From positions 4,024-68,023 of the forward strand of contig JADGDJ010000002.1 of assembly GCA_016744925.1 (NCBI GenBank): DNA of 64,000 nt. Reading direction: 5' to 3'. Below the pieces are notes generated by a model, which searched no databases, had not been told where the DNA came from, and saw nothing but the letters and a program-made list of their open reading frames with translations. Shown in pieces: positions 25,826 through 36,163 of this stretch. The DNA comes from Spirochaetaceae bacterium (GTDB taxonomy: Bacteria; Spirochaetota; Spirochaetia; DSM-2461). The position numbers and the translations under genes are program-made. Every line of letters begins with the position of its first letter. Within the stretch, counting starts at the first letter, position 1.

Positions 25826-28696
25826 ATGAATATTGAATTTATTTTAAATAATAAAACTGTTTCTACGACAGCTGATGCCGGTCTTTCAGCTCAGAAACTT
25901 CTACAGTTATTGGGTATTAACTCAGTCAGAAACAGTGATGATAATAGAGGGAATACCGGTTCTGATACCATTTTATTAGATGGAAAACCTGTTAATGCCG
26001 GACTGTTGGTAGCGGCTCAGTTAAATGGAAGAGATGTTAAAACCGTTGAATCACTTTCTGAAGGGCGTACAATGTCTCCAGTTCAGACAGCACTTGTTGA
26101 TATGGGACTGGTTCAGTCTGCCTACAACTCTCCAGCTGCAGCTCTGATTCTGACAGATCTTTTAGATAGAGTCAAAAATCCTTCTAGAGAAGATATCGAT
26201 GATGCTCTTTCGGGACTTCTCAATAGAGATAATGGATATCAGCCGTTTTATAAAGCTGTCGAAATTGCCATAGAGAGGCAAAAAGATCCCTCATACACGA
26301 CTGAGTATGCTCCGGAATTTAGGGGTGATCTTAAAGATGTGGGAACTGCCAGAAGAAAAGTTGACGGGCCAATGCTGGTTCGTGGTGCGAAACTTTTCGT
26401 TGAGGATAAAAAAGATTCTCAGGCTTATGTACTGAAAATGCTCCGTTCTCCCCATGCTCATGCCTGGATAACTTCACTTGATACAAGTGAGGCGGAAAAA
26501 GTGGAAGGTGTCGAATTGGTAATGACCTATAAAAACACTCCTCAGATCCCTTACACAACAGCCGGACAGGGATTTCCTGAGCCTTCTCCCTATGACAAAT
26601 GCATGTTTAACAAGAAGGTGAGACATGTTGGTGACAGAGTTGCTGCGGTTATGGCAGTTGATGAAGAGACAGCCTTAAAAGCGATCGAAAAAATCAAGGT
26701 AGAATACGATGTTTTAAAACCCGTATTTACTGTAAAAGAAGCAGCAGCAGAGGGTGCTCCTCTGGTTCAGGGTGGACCTCAGAAATATATGGTGGCCGCT
26801 CCCGATGATCTTGAGGCAATCAATAAATCAGCCGATCCCGAAGAGGGGACAATTGTCTATCAGTTCCCCATTGGTGGAAATCCGAGAAAGAATATAGCCG
26901 CTTTTGTTTCCGGTGGAATCGGTGACATAGATAAAGGTCTCGCTGATGCGGAAGTTGTAATTGAAAGAGAATACGATACGTCGCAGATCCAATGTACTCC
27001 CATGGAGATGCACACAGTCCATACATATATGGAAGGAGAACGGTTGGTCATTGATGCTTCAACTCAGGTGCCATGGCATGTGAGAAGAATTGTATCTACT
27101 CAGCTGGGTGTTCGAGAGAATCTGGTTCAGGTTAAAAAAGCCAGAGTCGGTGGTGGGTATGGATCTAAACAAGATATTTTAATGGAAGATGTTGCTGCTT
27201 ATGCGACATGGACAACAGGTAAGCCTGTTTTTAGTCAGTATTCCCGACAGGAAGAGTTTGAATCGTGCAGTACACGATTTCCTATGACTATCGGTGTGAA
27301 GCTGGGTTGTAAAAAAGATGGTACGCTGACTGCTGTTTATATGAATGTTAAAGCGAACAATGGTCCATTTGGTAATCACTGTTTGACAGTTCCTATGAAT
27401 GCCTGTTCTAAATCAATGCCGCTTTTCCTCTGTGACAATTTTAAATTTGATGTAACGACATATTATACCAATATACCTCCTACAGGAGCTTACCAGGGAT
27501 ATGGTGCACCGAAAGGTTCTTATGCTTTGCAGACGGCAATTGCTGAGCTGGCAGAAGAGCTGGGAATGGATCACCTGGAACTCATCGAGAAGAACAGGAT
27601 CTCAGAGGGTGTAGTGCTCGAGATTCTAAAATGTCTTGGAGAGGGGCGGGAAGGAACTCCTGCTAAGGTGGAAAGCTGTGGTCTCGATGGAGCCCTTAGT
27701 CAGGGATCTAAGATGATCGAATGGGGTAAAGACGTTGAAAGTGATGATCCCGATGTAAAAATCGGAAAGGGTGTCACTATTATTCAGCAGGGATCGGGAC
27801 TTCCGGGACTCGATCAGGCCAATGCCGATATAAAACTCTTATCAGATGGATCTTTAATGATTCACTCCGGTGGGGCCGATTTGGGAACTGGCCTCGACAC
27901 AGTCTGTGTGAAAATGGCCAGTGAAATTCTCAAAGTCGATATGGATCTGATTTCAATTCTCTCCGGAGATACCGATAATACACCATTCGATGTTGGGGCT
28001 TATGCTTCAAGTGGAACCTACTTCTCCGGAAATGCAGCCAAAAAAGCGGCTGAGGACCTTGCCGATAGAATTTTGACTAATGCGGCTGTCATGATGGAAG
28101 AGAAAAAAGAGGATCTGAAACTCGAATATCCCGGAGTCGTAAAAGGTAAGAAAAGTTCTGTAACTTATAGAGACGTAGCCCACAACGCTGAGGGCGGTGA
28201 AGGTCCCGGACAGGTTGTCGGTAGAGCTTCCTATACAACAGAAGATGCAGCATTCCCTTATGGAGCTCATTTCTGTCAGGTAGCGGTCAATATTAAAACC
28301 GGAAAAGTGAAACTACAGAAATATTATGCTCTCCAGGATATCGGTACTCCTATCAATCCTGAAATAGCCTTGAGTCAGATTTATGGTGGAGTTATGAAAT
28401 CCATCGGTCACACACTCTGGGAAGAGATGCTCATCGACGAAAATGGTAAATGTCTTACTACAGATTTCGACAGCTATCATGTTCCTATGATTAAAGATCT
28501 ACCTGAGGATTTTAGAGCTGAGATGGTTTTTACTGAAGATCCCTTTGGGCCTTTTGGTGGAAAATCAGTTTCAGAGATCAGTACCAATGGTGCGGCACCT
28601 GTTATTGCAGCGGCCATACACGATGCGGTTGGTGTCTGGATGAGAAGCTGGCCCTTTAGCCCTGAAAAGATCCTGAAAGGGTTGGGGAAAATTTAA
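25826..28696 (+). CDS. xdhD: XdhD-like molybdopterin oxidoreductase (Fe-S-like domain fused to Mo-binding subunit)
   Basis: SVRNSDD, LRSPHAHA, STQVPWH, GGGYGSKQ, GAYQGYG, GAYASSGT, GGKSVSEI. Confidence 0.9.
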   Translation: MNIEFILNNKTVSTTADAGLSAQKLLQLLGINSVRNSDDNRGNTGSDTILLDGKPVNAGLLVAAQLNGRDVKTVESLSEGRTMSPVQTALVDMGLVQSAYNSPAAALILTDLLDRVKNPSREDIDDALSGLLNRDNGYQPFYKAVEIAIERQKDPSYTTEYAPEFRGDLKDVGTARRKVDGPMLVRGAKLFVEDKKDSQAYVLKMLRSPHAHAWITSLDTSEAEKVEGVELVMTYKNTPQIPYTTAGQGFPEPSPYDKCMFNKKVRHVGDRVAAVMAVDEETALKAIEKIKVEYDVLKPVFTVKEAAAEGAPLVQGGPQKYMVAAPDDLEAINKSADPEEGTIVYQFPIGGNPRKNIAAFVSGGIGDIDKGLADAEVVIEREYDTSQIQCTPMEMHTVHTYMEGERLVIDASTQVPWHVRRIVSTQLGVRENLVQVKKARVGGGYGSKQDILMEDVAAYATWTTGKPVFSQYSRQEEFESCSTRFPMTIGVKLGCKKDGTLTAVYMNVKANNGPFGNHCLTVPMNACSKSMPLFLCDNFKFDVTTYYTNIPPTGAYQGYGAPKGSYALQTAIAELAEELGMDHLELIEKNRISEGVVLEILKCLGEGREGTPAKVESCGLDGALSQGSKMIEWGKDVESDDPDVKIGKGVTIIQQGSGLPGLDQANADIKLLSDGSLMIHSGGADLGTGLDTVCVKMASEILKVDMDLISILSGDTDNTPFDVGAYASSGTYFSGNAAKKAAEDLADRILTNAAVMMEEKKEDLKLEYPGVVKGKKSSVTYRDVAHNAEGGEGPGQVVGRASYTTEDAAFPYGAHFCQVAVNIKTGKVKLQKYYALQDIGTPINPEIALSQIYGGVMKSIGHTLWEEMLIDENGKCLTTDFDSYHVPMIKDLPEDFRAEMVFTEDPFGPFGGKSVSEISTNGAAPVIAAAIHDAVGVWMRSWPFSPEKILKGLGKI

Positions 28697-28715
28697 CAAC
28701 TAATATTTTATTACT

Positions 28716-28758
28716 AGAATAAGTCTCTCTAAAGGGGGGGGCTTATTCTTTAATTTTA
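28716..28758 (+). terminator. intrinsic terminator after xdhD
   Basis: AGAATAAGTCTCTCT...GGGGGGGGCTTATTCT stem (G-U pairs) with T-rich tail. Confidence 0.65.
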
Positions 28759-28872
28759 TTTCAGATTTTAAATAAATCTATAATATAAAACGATTGAGAT
28801 GGAATATATAAATTAATATAGAAAATGAGAATAACAGGAATTGAAATAAAATAATTTTTATTTCATAATCAG

Positions 28873-28885
28873 AATATCAGACAAT
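28873..28885. promoter_or_regulatory. putative purine-regulon operator, copy 2
   Basis: AATATCAGACAAT upstream of xdhA. Confidence 0.55.
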
Positions 28886-29062
28886 GTATATATAAAATGA
28901 TGACTAAGATAAATTATATCTCCTTTGTTAGTGAGGAAGTATCAAGTTCTGGACTCATCTGATTAGTTTAAAACTTGCCTTGAAGTTTATAATTGGGTAA
29001 TTTATGATGCTGACATCATTTTTGATGATTACATTTATAAAATCTTTATTCAGGAGTAACTC

Positions 29063-31351
29063 ATGAATTTTACTCAGATTGGTAAACCACTAAAAAGATA
29101 TGATGCCGCTGCAAAAGTTACCGGTAAAGCAAAATATGCCGGAGATTTTCATGTACGCGACATGCTTATCGGAAAAATATACCGAAGTACAATAGCCCAT
29201 GGATATGTTAAAAAAATCGATATATCTAAAGCAAAAGCTCTTCCCGGAGTTGTTGCCGTAATTACCTTCAACGATACGCCAGATATTAAATATCCAACAG
29301 CAGGCCATCCCTATTCAACAGATCCTAAGCATCAGGATATTGCCGATAGGCAGATTCTGACCAACCATGTTCGTTTTTATGGAGATGAAATTGCAGCAGT
29401 TGTAGCCGAAAATGATCTCATTGCGCGGGAGGCATTAAGACTCATTGAAGTAGAATACGAAGAGCTGCCTGTTGTTTTAACTGTAGAAGATGCCTTGGCT
29501 AACGATGCCCCGGAGATCCATAAAGGTACCAAAAACATAGTAGGGAAAATGAACTATGAGTTTGGAAATGTGGAAGAGGGATTTGCTAAAGCAGACTTTG
29601 TCGTAGAAAATGAATTTGAAACCCAGACTGTTCAGCATTGTGCCATGGAAAATCATGTTTCATATGCTTATGTTGATGCACAGGATAGATTAACTGTTGT
29701 CTCGTCAACACAAATACCTCATGTTGTTAGAAGAATCATTGGTCAGGCTTTTGAAATGCCCGTTCATAAAATCCGGGTAATCAAACCTTATATCGGCGGT
29801 GGATTCGGTGCAAAGCAGGACTCTTGTATAGAACCATTAAATGCTGCTCTTACATTGGCTGCTGGTGGAAAGCCAGTTCTACTGGATCTTGATAGAGAAG
29901 AAAGTATTATAGGAACCAGAGTTAGACACGCTGTTAAATACAAGATTAAAACAGGTGTAACTAAAGATGGCAAAATGATAGCAAGAGAAGTCTCTTTAGA
30001 AACTGCAAAAGGAGCCTATGCTTCTCACGGTATTTCCCCTGTCGCAAAACAGGGAACAGCCTTTATACAAATGTATACCACTCCCAATGTCAAATTTGAT
30101 ATGATTTCAGTTTACAGTAATGCTCCCGTAGCCGGCGCCATGAGAGGGTATGGTATCCCCCAAATTAATTATGCACTGGAATCTCACGTCGATGATGTAG
30201 CTGCTAAAATTGGAATGGATCCCACTGACTTTAGAAAACTTAACCAGGTAAAAGAAGGTGATGCAGATCCTAAAACAAAGCTGAAAATTCTTTCATGTGG
30301 TCTTGAAGAATGTATAGACAAAGGTAAAGAGCTCATAAACTGGGATGAAAAACGAAAGAAATATGCCAATCAGACAGGTGATATAAGACGTGGTGTTGGA
30401 ATGGCCGAATTCTGTTATGGATCCGGAACTTATCCTGTCTGCCTGGAAATTGCCGGGGCAAGAATTGTTTTAAGACCTGATGGTTCAATTCTTATGCAGG
30501 TAGGTGCTACAGAAATTGGACAGGGATCGGATACTGTCTTTTCACAAATGGCGGCAGAAGTTCTTGGAATCTCAACTGATCAAGTTTATCTCGAGTCTAC
30601 AACCGATTCAGATACGACACCTTTTGACACGGGAGCATATGCTTCAAGACAGACCTATGTGTCCGGTGCAGCTGTTAAAAAAGCGGCCTTAGAATGTAAG
30701 TCCAGAATTTTTGAAGCTGTAAAAAAGAGAAAAGAGATTGCTGTAGAAAAGCTTGATATAAAAGATTCTCAAATTATAGAAAAAAATAGTGGGAAAGTAG
30801 TTATGTCATTAGCTGATCTTGCTATGGATACATACTATAGCAGAGAAAACTCCAATCCTATTTCTGTGGATGTATACAATCAGACAAAATCGAATGCTCT
30901 TGCTTTTGGCGTCACTTTTACTGAAGTCGAAGTGGATATCAAAACAGGTACAATTGATGTTATAGAGATTTACAATGTTCATGACTCCGGTACTATTATG
31001 AATCGTCAGCTTGCTGAAGGTCAGGTTCATGGAGGTATGAGTATGGGAATGGGTTATGCCCTGACAGAAGAACTTAAACTTCATCCGGAAACCGGGAAAA
31101 CTTTAAATAATAACCTTTTGGATTATAAATTGCCTACAATGATGGATACACCGGATCTTGGAGTTGAATTTGTTGAGACATATGAACCTACTGGGCCATT
31201 TGGTAATAAGTCTCTAGGTGAACCTCCTGCAATAACTCCTGCACCGGCAATCAGGAATGCTGTATTAAATGCTACAGGTGTGTCATTTACAAGACTCCCT
31301 ATGAATACGCAGAGAGTTTTTGAGAAATTTAAAGAAACCGGTTTAATTTAA
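29063..31351 (+). CDS. xdhA: xanthine dehydrogenase family Mo-binding subunit
   Basis: AKVTGKAKY, YPTAGHP, STQIPH, GGGFGAKQ, GAMRGYG, GAYASRQT, KSLGEPP. Confidence 0.92.
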   Translation: MNFTQIGKPLKRYDAAAKVTGKAKYAGDFHVRDMLIGKIYRSTIAHGYVKKIDISKAKALPGVVAVITFNDTPDIKYPTAGHPYSTDPKHQDIADRQILTNHVRFYGDEIAAVVAENDLIAREALRLIEVEYEELPVVLTVEDALANDAPEIHKGTKNIVGKMNYEFGNVEEGFAKADFVVENEFETQTVQHCAMENHVSYAYVDAQDRLTVVSSTQIPHVVRRIIGQAFEMPVHKIRVIKPYIGGGFGAKQDSCIEPLNAALTLAAGGKPVLLDLDREESIIGTRVRHAVKYKIKTGVTKDGKMIAREVSLETAKGAYASHGISPVAKQGTAFIQMYTTPNVKFDMISVYSNAPVAGAMRGYGIPQINYALESHVDDVAAKIGMDPTDFRKLNQVKEGDADPKTKLKILSCGLEECIDKGKELINWDEKRKKYANQTGDIRRGVGMAEFCYGSGTYPVCLEIAGARIVLRPDGSILMQVGATEIGQGSDTVFSQMAAEVLGISTDQVYLESTTDSDTTPFDTGAYASRQTYVSGAAVKKAALECKSRIFEAVKKRKEIAVEKLDIKDSQIIEKNSGKVVMSLADLAMDTYYSRENSNPISVDVYNQTKSNALAFGVTFTEVEVDIKTGTIDVIEIYNVHDSGTIMNRQLAEGQVHGGMSMGMGYALTEELKLHPETGKTLNNNLLDYKLPTMMDTPDLGVEFVETYEPTGPFGNKSLGEPPAITPAPAIRNAVLNATGVSFTRLPMNTQRVFEKFKETGLI

Positions 31352-31368
31352 TAGGGGGGTAGAATTAT

Positions 31369-32241
31369 ATGTATGATTTTAATAAATATTTTGAGGCCGA
31401 AACACTAGATGAAGCAAAAAAGATATTAAAAGAAAATCCAAATGCACAAATAGTTGCAGGCGGGTCAGATATTCTTGTTGAGATAAGAGAAAAACATATC
31501 GAAGGTCTTGAGCTCATGGGAATCCATAAAATCAAAGAGCTAAAAGAGATCTCAATTGATTCTGAAGGTACAATTTCAATAGGCTGTATGGCAACTTTTC
31601 ATATGTTGGAAAATAACGAAATTATTACTAAACATATTCCCATGTTAGGCCGGGCCGGCGGTGTTGTCGGTGGCCCACAGCTTAGAAAAGTTGCAACAAT
31701 AGGTGGTAATATTGCCAATGGAGCTGTAAGTGCCGATACGGCAACATCTGTTTGGGCATATAATTCACAGCTTGTTCTTGAAAGTGCCGACGGAAATAGA
31801 ACCATCGATGTTAAAGATTTTTACCTGGGTCCTGGTTGGACTGATGTTAAGCAAAATGAAATCCTTACAAAAATTCTAATTAAAAAAGAAGATTATGAAG
31901 GATTTTCCGGTGAGTACATTAAATTCAGTCAGAGAAAAGCTCTCGATATAGCGAATCTTGGATGTGCTGTAATCTGTAAACTCGATGGAAATAAATTCTC
32001 AGATGTAAGAATTGCTCTAGGTGTAGCCGGTCCTGTTCCTATCAGGTGTAAAACAGCTGAAGATTATGCAAAAGGCCTGGAAGTAACTGAAGAAAATATC
32101 AATGAAATTGGAAAAAAAGCTGTTCTTGATGGTAAACCGAGAGATTCTTGGAGAGCTTCAAAAGCTTATAGGCAGCAGCTTATTGAGATTTGTTCTCAGA
32201 GAGCATTAACTAAAGCAGCCCAACTTGCTGGAGGTAAATAA
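31369..32241 (+). CDS. xdhB: xanthine dehydrogenase FAD-binding subunit
   Basis: AGGSD, GGPQLRKVATIGGNIANGAVSAD, RKALDIA, WRASKAYR. Confidence 0.92.
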   Translation: MYDFNKYFEAETLDEAKKILKENPNAQIVAGGSDILVEIREKHIEGLELMGIHKIKELKEISIDSEGTISIGCMATFHMLENNEIITKHIPMLGRAGGVVGGPQLRKVATIGGNIANGAVSADTATSVWAYNSQLVLESADGNRTIDVKDFYLGPGWTDVKQNEILTKILIKKEDYEGFSGEYIKFSQRKALDIANLGCAVICKLDGNKFSDVRIALGVAGPVPIRCKTAEDYAKGLEVTEENINEIGKKAVLDGKPRDSWRASKAYRQQLIEICSQRALTKAAQLAGGK

Positions 32242-32242
32242 A

Positions 32243-32713
32243 TTGAGTGATGTATTAAAGAAGATAACATTTACTTTGAATGGTAAAGAAAGAACTGTCG
32301 AGGTGGATGTACGAAAGTCTCTTTTAGATGTTCTTCGCGATGACCTTGAATTGACTGGTTCAAAAAAAGGATGTGAAGTCGGAGAGTGTGGTGCTTGCGC
32401 TGTTATGATCAATGGAGAATCTATTGACTCATGTATTTACCTCGCTGTCTGGGTAGATGGAAAAGAGGTTAGAACCATTGAAGGCATCGAAAAAGATGGA
32501 AAGCTTTCAGAAATGCAGCAGGCTTTTGTTGATGAAGGAGCTATTCAATGCGGTTTCTGTACGGCCGGTCTTGTTGTAAGTGCAACTGCCCTTGAAGAAA
32601 GAGGCGAAAAGATGTCTAAAGATGAAATGAAAAAAGAGTTGTCCGGACATCTTTGCAGATGTACAGGATACCATAATATTGCCAGTGCAGTAGATAAGGT
32701 TATAAATAAATAA
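32243..32713 (+). CDS. xdhC: xanthine dehydrogenase 2Fe-2S subunit
   Basis: GCEVGECGAC...SC and QCGFC...HLCRCTGY; start set at TTG 32243 after GGAGG. Confidence 0.93.
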   Translation: MSDVLKKITFTLNGKERTVEVDVRKSLLDVLRDDLELTGSKKGCEVGECGACAVMINGESIDSCIYLAVWVDGKEVRTIEGIEKDGKLSEMQQAFVDEGAIQCGFCTAGLVVSATALEERGEKMSKDEMKKELSGHLCRCTGYHNIASAVDKVINK

Positions 32714-32728
32714 TACGTAGAAAAGATA

Positions 32729-32772
32729 AAAACAGCCCCCGCTTATATTAAATGCGGGGGCTGTTTTGTTTT
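32729..32772. terminator. bidirectional intrinsic terminator
   Basis: AAAACAGCCCCCGC...GCGGGGGCTGTTTT between convergent xdhC and the DAK2/DegV gene. Confidence 0.85.
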
Positions 32773-32830
32773 CTGCGCGCAGCCGGCAAAAAGCAAACTC
32801 TTGAAGACAGGGATGATTCCCGGGAGGATT

Positions 32831-34654
32831 TTAATCCTGCTTAATTTGTCCCGTGCCTTCAATAACACCGATAGCGATAGCCCCTTTCCCGGAGTGCATT
32901 CCCACTATGGGTGATATGCTGGAAATGTACTCCGGAGCTTTTCCGGTTACACGTTCCATTAGATCTGAGAATTGCCGTCCTCTCTTTTCTGCATCAGCAT
33001 GGACCACGGCATAGGATTCGATCCCCTTTTCCTCTTTCATCTCTTTAATAATCTGGGTCATTTTTTTAATAAGGCCCTTTCCGGAAAAAGACTTTTCAAA
33101 AGCAATGCCCTTCCCATTTTCATCGAGAGAGACGATTGGTTTGAGGTTAAGAAGAGTGGCTATGGCTCCTTTGAGTGGGCTGACCCGTCCCCCTTTGACC
33201 ATATATTTAAAAGTACTGACACTGACATAAATTTTAATCCGCTTTTTCAGGTTTTCTGCCATATTGATGAGTTCTTCGTAAGATTTCCCTTCCTGGGCCT
33301 TCTTTGCGACCTCTCTTACAAGCAAGCCCTGGGCCACGGAATTCAGGCAGGTGTCTATTACGGTTATTCTCTTCTTCTCTTTGTTGAAAAGTTCTGCTGT
33401 TTTATTCATTTGATTCCAGGTCCCGCTGAGGGATTTGGCAACGGAAAGCACAATGATGTTGTCGTAATGATCAGCTAGATGCTGATACAATGCTTTTACA
33501 GTACTTGTTGAAGGAACAGAGCTTCCGGGGAACGTCGATCGTACCTGCTGTAGTTTGTAAAACTGCTCGGGAGAGATTGTTATTCTATCGAGATATTCCT
33601 CTTCGTTCCAGCTGAGTGTGAGATTTAGCACATGGATTTGATATTTATCGAGAACATCCATAGGTATGTCGGCAATAGAGTCTGTCAGTATCGCTGTAGA
33701 AGAGAATCTTTTATTGACAACCTGTTCCTGTCGGATCATATCATCAGCTTTCTGTTCTAAAATTTTACCGTATTTTTTCAATCGTTCAAGGACAATCTGA
33801 GGTGAATTGCTGTGAATGTGAATGCGGCTTTTATTGACCCCTTTACTGACAATCAGTGAATCTCCCAAATCCTTCAGCCTCTCTCTTATTTTATCGGGGG
33901 AGGTTTTGGGATGATCTATAAGGACTTCTGTACAGTATCGGAATTTTACTTGAGAAGTGATGTTGTGTTTTGTTGATGTTGTAATCAGTCCGCTGATATA
34001 TTCATTCTGAACGAGCGTTTTTCTGAATGAGACAGGAACCGGTCCGTTGAATTTAAATAATTCAATCCCCTCCAGAAAGGATACAGCACCCATGGCTCCC
34101 GCATCGACAACATCATTCTCTTTTAATACTGCCAACTGATCTTTAGTTTTACCCAGAACTATTTTTGCCACAGAAAGAGCCTTTTCGAAAATTTGTTCCA
34201 GCGAGTTTTTCTTTTGACTGTTTGTGTATATCGACTCGGACCAAGCGCTCAGAACAGTTAATATGGTTCCCTCTACAGGATTCTCCATAGCCTCATAGGC
34301 TAGTTTTACAGCCTTTTGCGCGGCATCGGCAAACTCGTGAATTGATAAGACATCTTTTCCATCTGTATTGAGTGCCAGTCCGTTCAGGTATTGGGAAAAA
34401 ATAATACCCGAATTCCCCCTAGCGCTTTCGAGAGATAAATCGGCTATATTATTCAGAACTTTTGTCGCCGAGCGGTTGGGTTCCAATCTGTTGACAATGA
34501 GGTTTATGGTTCTAACCATATTATTTCCTGTATCACCATCGGCAACGGGAAAGACATTTATGGCGTTCAACTGTTCTCTCTGCTTTCTAATACTCAAAAA
34601 CCCCGAGAGGAAACTGTGATAAATCTGATATCCGTTCATTGCGTTTTCAATCAT
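32831..34654 (-). CDS. DAK2 (FakA)-DegV (FakB) fusion, putative single-chain fatty acid kinase
   Basis: N-half: LNAINVFPVADGDTG, ARGNSG, PVEGTILTV, VVDAGA, YCTE, HIHS. C-half: TDSIADIP, SLSGT, GGRVS, HSGKGAIAI (DegV). Confidence 0.9.
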   Translation of the reverse strand: MIENAMNGYQIYHSFLSGFLSIRKQREQLNAINVFPVADGDTGNNMVRTINLIVNRLEPNRSATKVLNNIADLSLESARGNSGIIFSQYLNGLALNTDGKDVLSIHEFADAAQKAVKLAYEAMENPVEGTILTVLSAWSESIYTNSQKKNSLEQIFEKALSVAKIVLGKTKDQLAVLKENDVVDAGAMGAVSFLEGIELFKFNGPVPVSFRKTLVQNEYISGLITTSTKHNITSQVKFRYCTEVLIDHPKTSPDKIRERLKDLGDSLIVSKGVNKSRIHIHSNSPQIVLERLKKYGKILEQKADDMIRQEQVVNKRFSSTAILTDSIADIPMDVLDKYQIHVLNLTLSWNEEEYLDRITISPEQFYKLQQVRSTFPGSSVPSTSTVKALYQHLADHYDNIIVLSVAKSLSGTWNQMNKTAELFNKEKKRITVIDTCLNSVAQGLLVREVAKKAQEGKSYEELINMAENLKKRIKIYVSVSTFKYMVKGGRVSPLKGAIATLLNLKPIVSLDENGKGIAFEKSFSGKGLIKKMTQIIKEMKEEKGIESYAVVHADAEKRGRQFSDLMERVTGKAPEYISSISPIVGMHSGKGAIAIGVIEGTGQIKQD

Positions 34655-34657
34655 AAT

Positions 34658-35191
34658 TCAGGCTCCACTCTGCTTCATCAAAATTATCTTTTCCCGGTCA
34701 AACCCCCGTTGTACCATTCTGCCAACAATCGCATTGAGAAGTGACTGATCCATTCTAGGTGTTCTCGCCATTATCCATAAATACTTGTAATTATTTGTAC
34801 CTATAACAGTGTGAGTGTAATCGTCATCCAGCTCCATAATATAATAAGGCAGTTTTAATGGCCAAAGAGGTCTGATACGCCATTCGGCATTTGTCTCATT
34901 GTCATAAATCCAGCCCTTCTGGTACATGACTCTTTCTTTGAGCTCTCTTCTACCTTTTTTGAATGTATATTCTACACGTATGTTGCCCTCGTCATCGATG
35001 CTGTAGTTTTCTATACCATCTTCAGCACCCTTTTCGAATGAGGTCGGAATGAGTGCAATCACATACCAGTCATCTGAGAAACGGTCCATGTCCACATAGG
35101 GAACAGTTTCGTGAAAGGGCTCACTCTGAGCTTTTCCGTGAACACTTAATACAGACACTAACAACATATTAACAATTATAATCTTAGTCAT
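34658..35191 (-). CDS. lipocalin (Blc-like)
   Basis: Signal peptide; VDMDRF..DWYVIA, PYYIMELDDDY, YLWIMARTP. Confidence 0.88.
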   Translation of the reverse strand: MTKIIIVNMLLVSVLSVHGKAQSEPFHETVPYVDMDRFSDDWYVIALIPTSFEKGAEDGIENYSIDDEGNIRVEYTFKKGRRELKERVMYQKGWIYDNETNAEWRIRPLWPLKLPYYIMELDDDYTHTVIGTNNYKYLWIMARTPRMDQSLLNAIVGRMVQRGFDREKIILMKQSGA

Positions 35192-35203
35192 AATAACTCT
35201 CCA

Positions 35204-36076
35204 TTACTTTTCATAAAGTAGTACTGATTCATATCCCTCTTTCAGGGATGAAACATAAGAAATCTGATTTCCATATTGAGACAGCGAGGAATCCTTCTCA
35301 CTGTTTCCACCGATAATAATCGGGCAATGCCCACTACTTAACATTTCAATTTTTTGTAAGTAAGCATCAAGACCGCTCTCAAAGAGGGGCATAGATAAAG
35401 ACGCGGAAACAACTGATGGTTTATATTTTCCCATCACGGCTATGAGGTCATTGAGCGGAATATCTGTTCCCAAAAAGATGGTCTTCCAACCTCTGACTTT
35501 TAATAATTTTGACAACATAAACAGTACAAGATCGTGTTTGTCAGAAGGTGCGCAGAATCCCATCCAAATATTGGAACTATTTTGGATCACTTTCACATCT
35601 TCTGACGAAGAGAAGAGGGAAATTATTTCTCTTATACGATTACTTATTATATGTTCTTCCGGTATGGACATCTCTCCATTGAACCATCGTGTGCCAGTCT
35701 CTTTTAAGGTGGGAATAAGAATTTCAATAAAAAACAACTCGAGAGAATAATTTTTAACTTTTTTCCAGCCGTTTAAATAGGATTGACAATTTTCTAAAGA
35801 ATCTCTTAATAACATTTCAATTAATTGATCTATATCAAATGATATTTCAGTCGTTGGTTCGCTAATGGATTGGTAGTTGTTAAAAAGAAGATCTAGAGGC
35901 AGCCCCAAAGATGCTGCGAGCTTAATTAAGGTCTCTTCACCGGGAAATCGTGTTCCCCTTTCATAGTTGGCTATGCTGACCTGCCCTATGCCTGCTTTTT
36001 CCGCAAGATTGGTTTGAGTGATTTTCATTTTCAGTCTATAAAATTTTAGATTTCTTCCAAAAATATTACTTTCCAT
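35204..36076 (-). CDS. XRE-HTH + cobalamin-binding regulator (CarH/LitR-like sensor module)
   Basis: XRE HTH (TQTNLAEKAGIGQVSIANYERGTRFP); W-x9-EH (WFNGEMSIPEEH); DKHDLV, GWKTIFLG, SxS and IIIGG B12-binding motifs. Confidence 0.85.
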   Translation of the reverse strand: MESNIFGRNLKFYRLKMKITQTNLAEKAGIGQVSIANYERGTRFPGEETLIKLAASLGLPLDLLFNNYQSISEPTTEISFDIDQLIEMLLRDSLENCQSYLNGWKKVKNYSLELFFIEILIPTLKETGTRWFNGEMSIPEEHIISNRIREIISLFSSSEDVKVIQNSSNIWMGFCAPSDKHDLVLFMLSKLLKVRGWKTIFLGTDIPLNDLIAVMGKYKPSVVSASLSMPLFESGLDAYLQKIEMLSSGHCPIIIGGNSEKDSSLSQYGNQISYVSSLKEGYESVLLYEK

Positions 36077-36085
36077 AGTCTAAAT

Positions 36086-36140
36086 ATAACAATATGTAAT
36101 ATAAAATGCAAATAAATTTGTTTTTATCACTAATAGTAAT
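36086..36140. promoter_or_regulatory. two putative operator palindromes in the divergent promoter
   Basis: ATAAC-AATAT-GTAAT (36086-36100) and ATCAC-TAATA-GTAAT (36126-36140); consensus ATTAC-N5-GTAAT. Confidence 0.45.
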
Positions 36141-36163
36141 TATTATTATTACAGGAGCTAGTC

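Noticed and set aside
25826-26300. Cys-less 2Fe-2S domain of XdhD as pseudogenisation or novelty
   Set aside because: As I recall, E. coli XdhD has the same Cys-free SVRNSDD region, so it is a family trait; the ORF is intact.
28697-29062. Purine riboswitch in the AT-rich gap before xdhA
   Set aside because: No TAT/TATGG/TTTCTACC/CCGTAAA core found; only a terminator, the operator and an unexplained ATGATG-CTGA-CATCAT palindrome.
32773-32830. c-di-GMP riboswitch-like GGCAAA/GCAAA words
   Set aside because: Lies between convergent 3' ends and lacks the expected paired stems.
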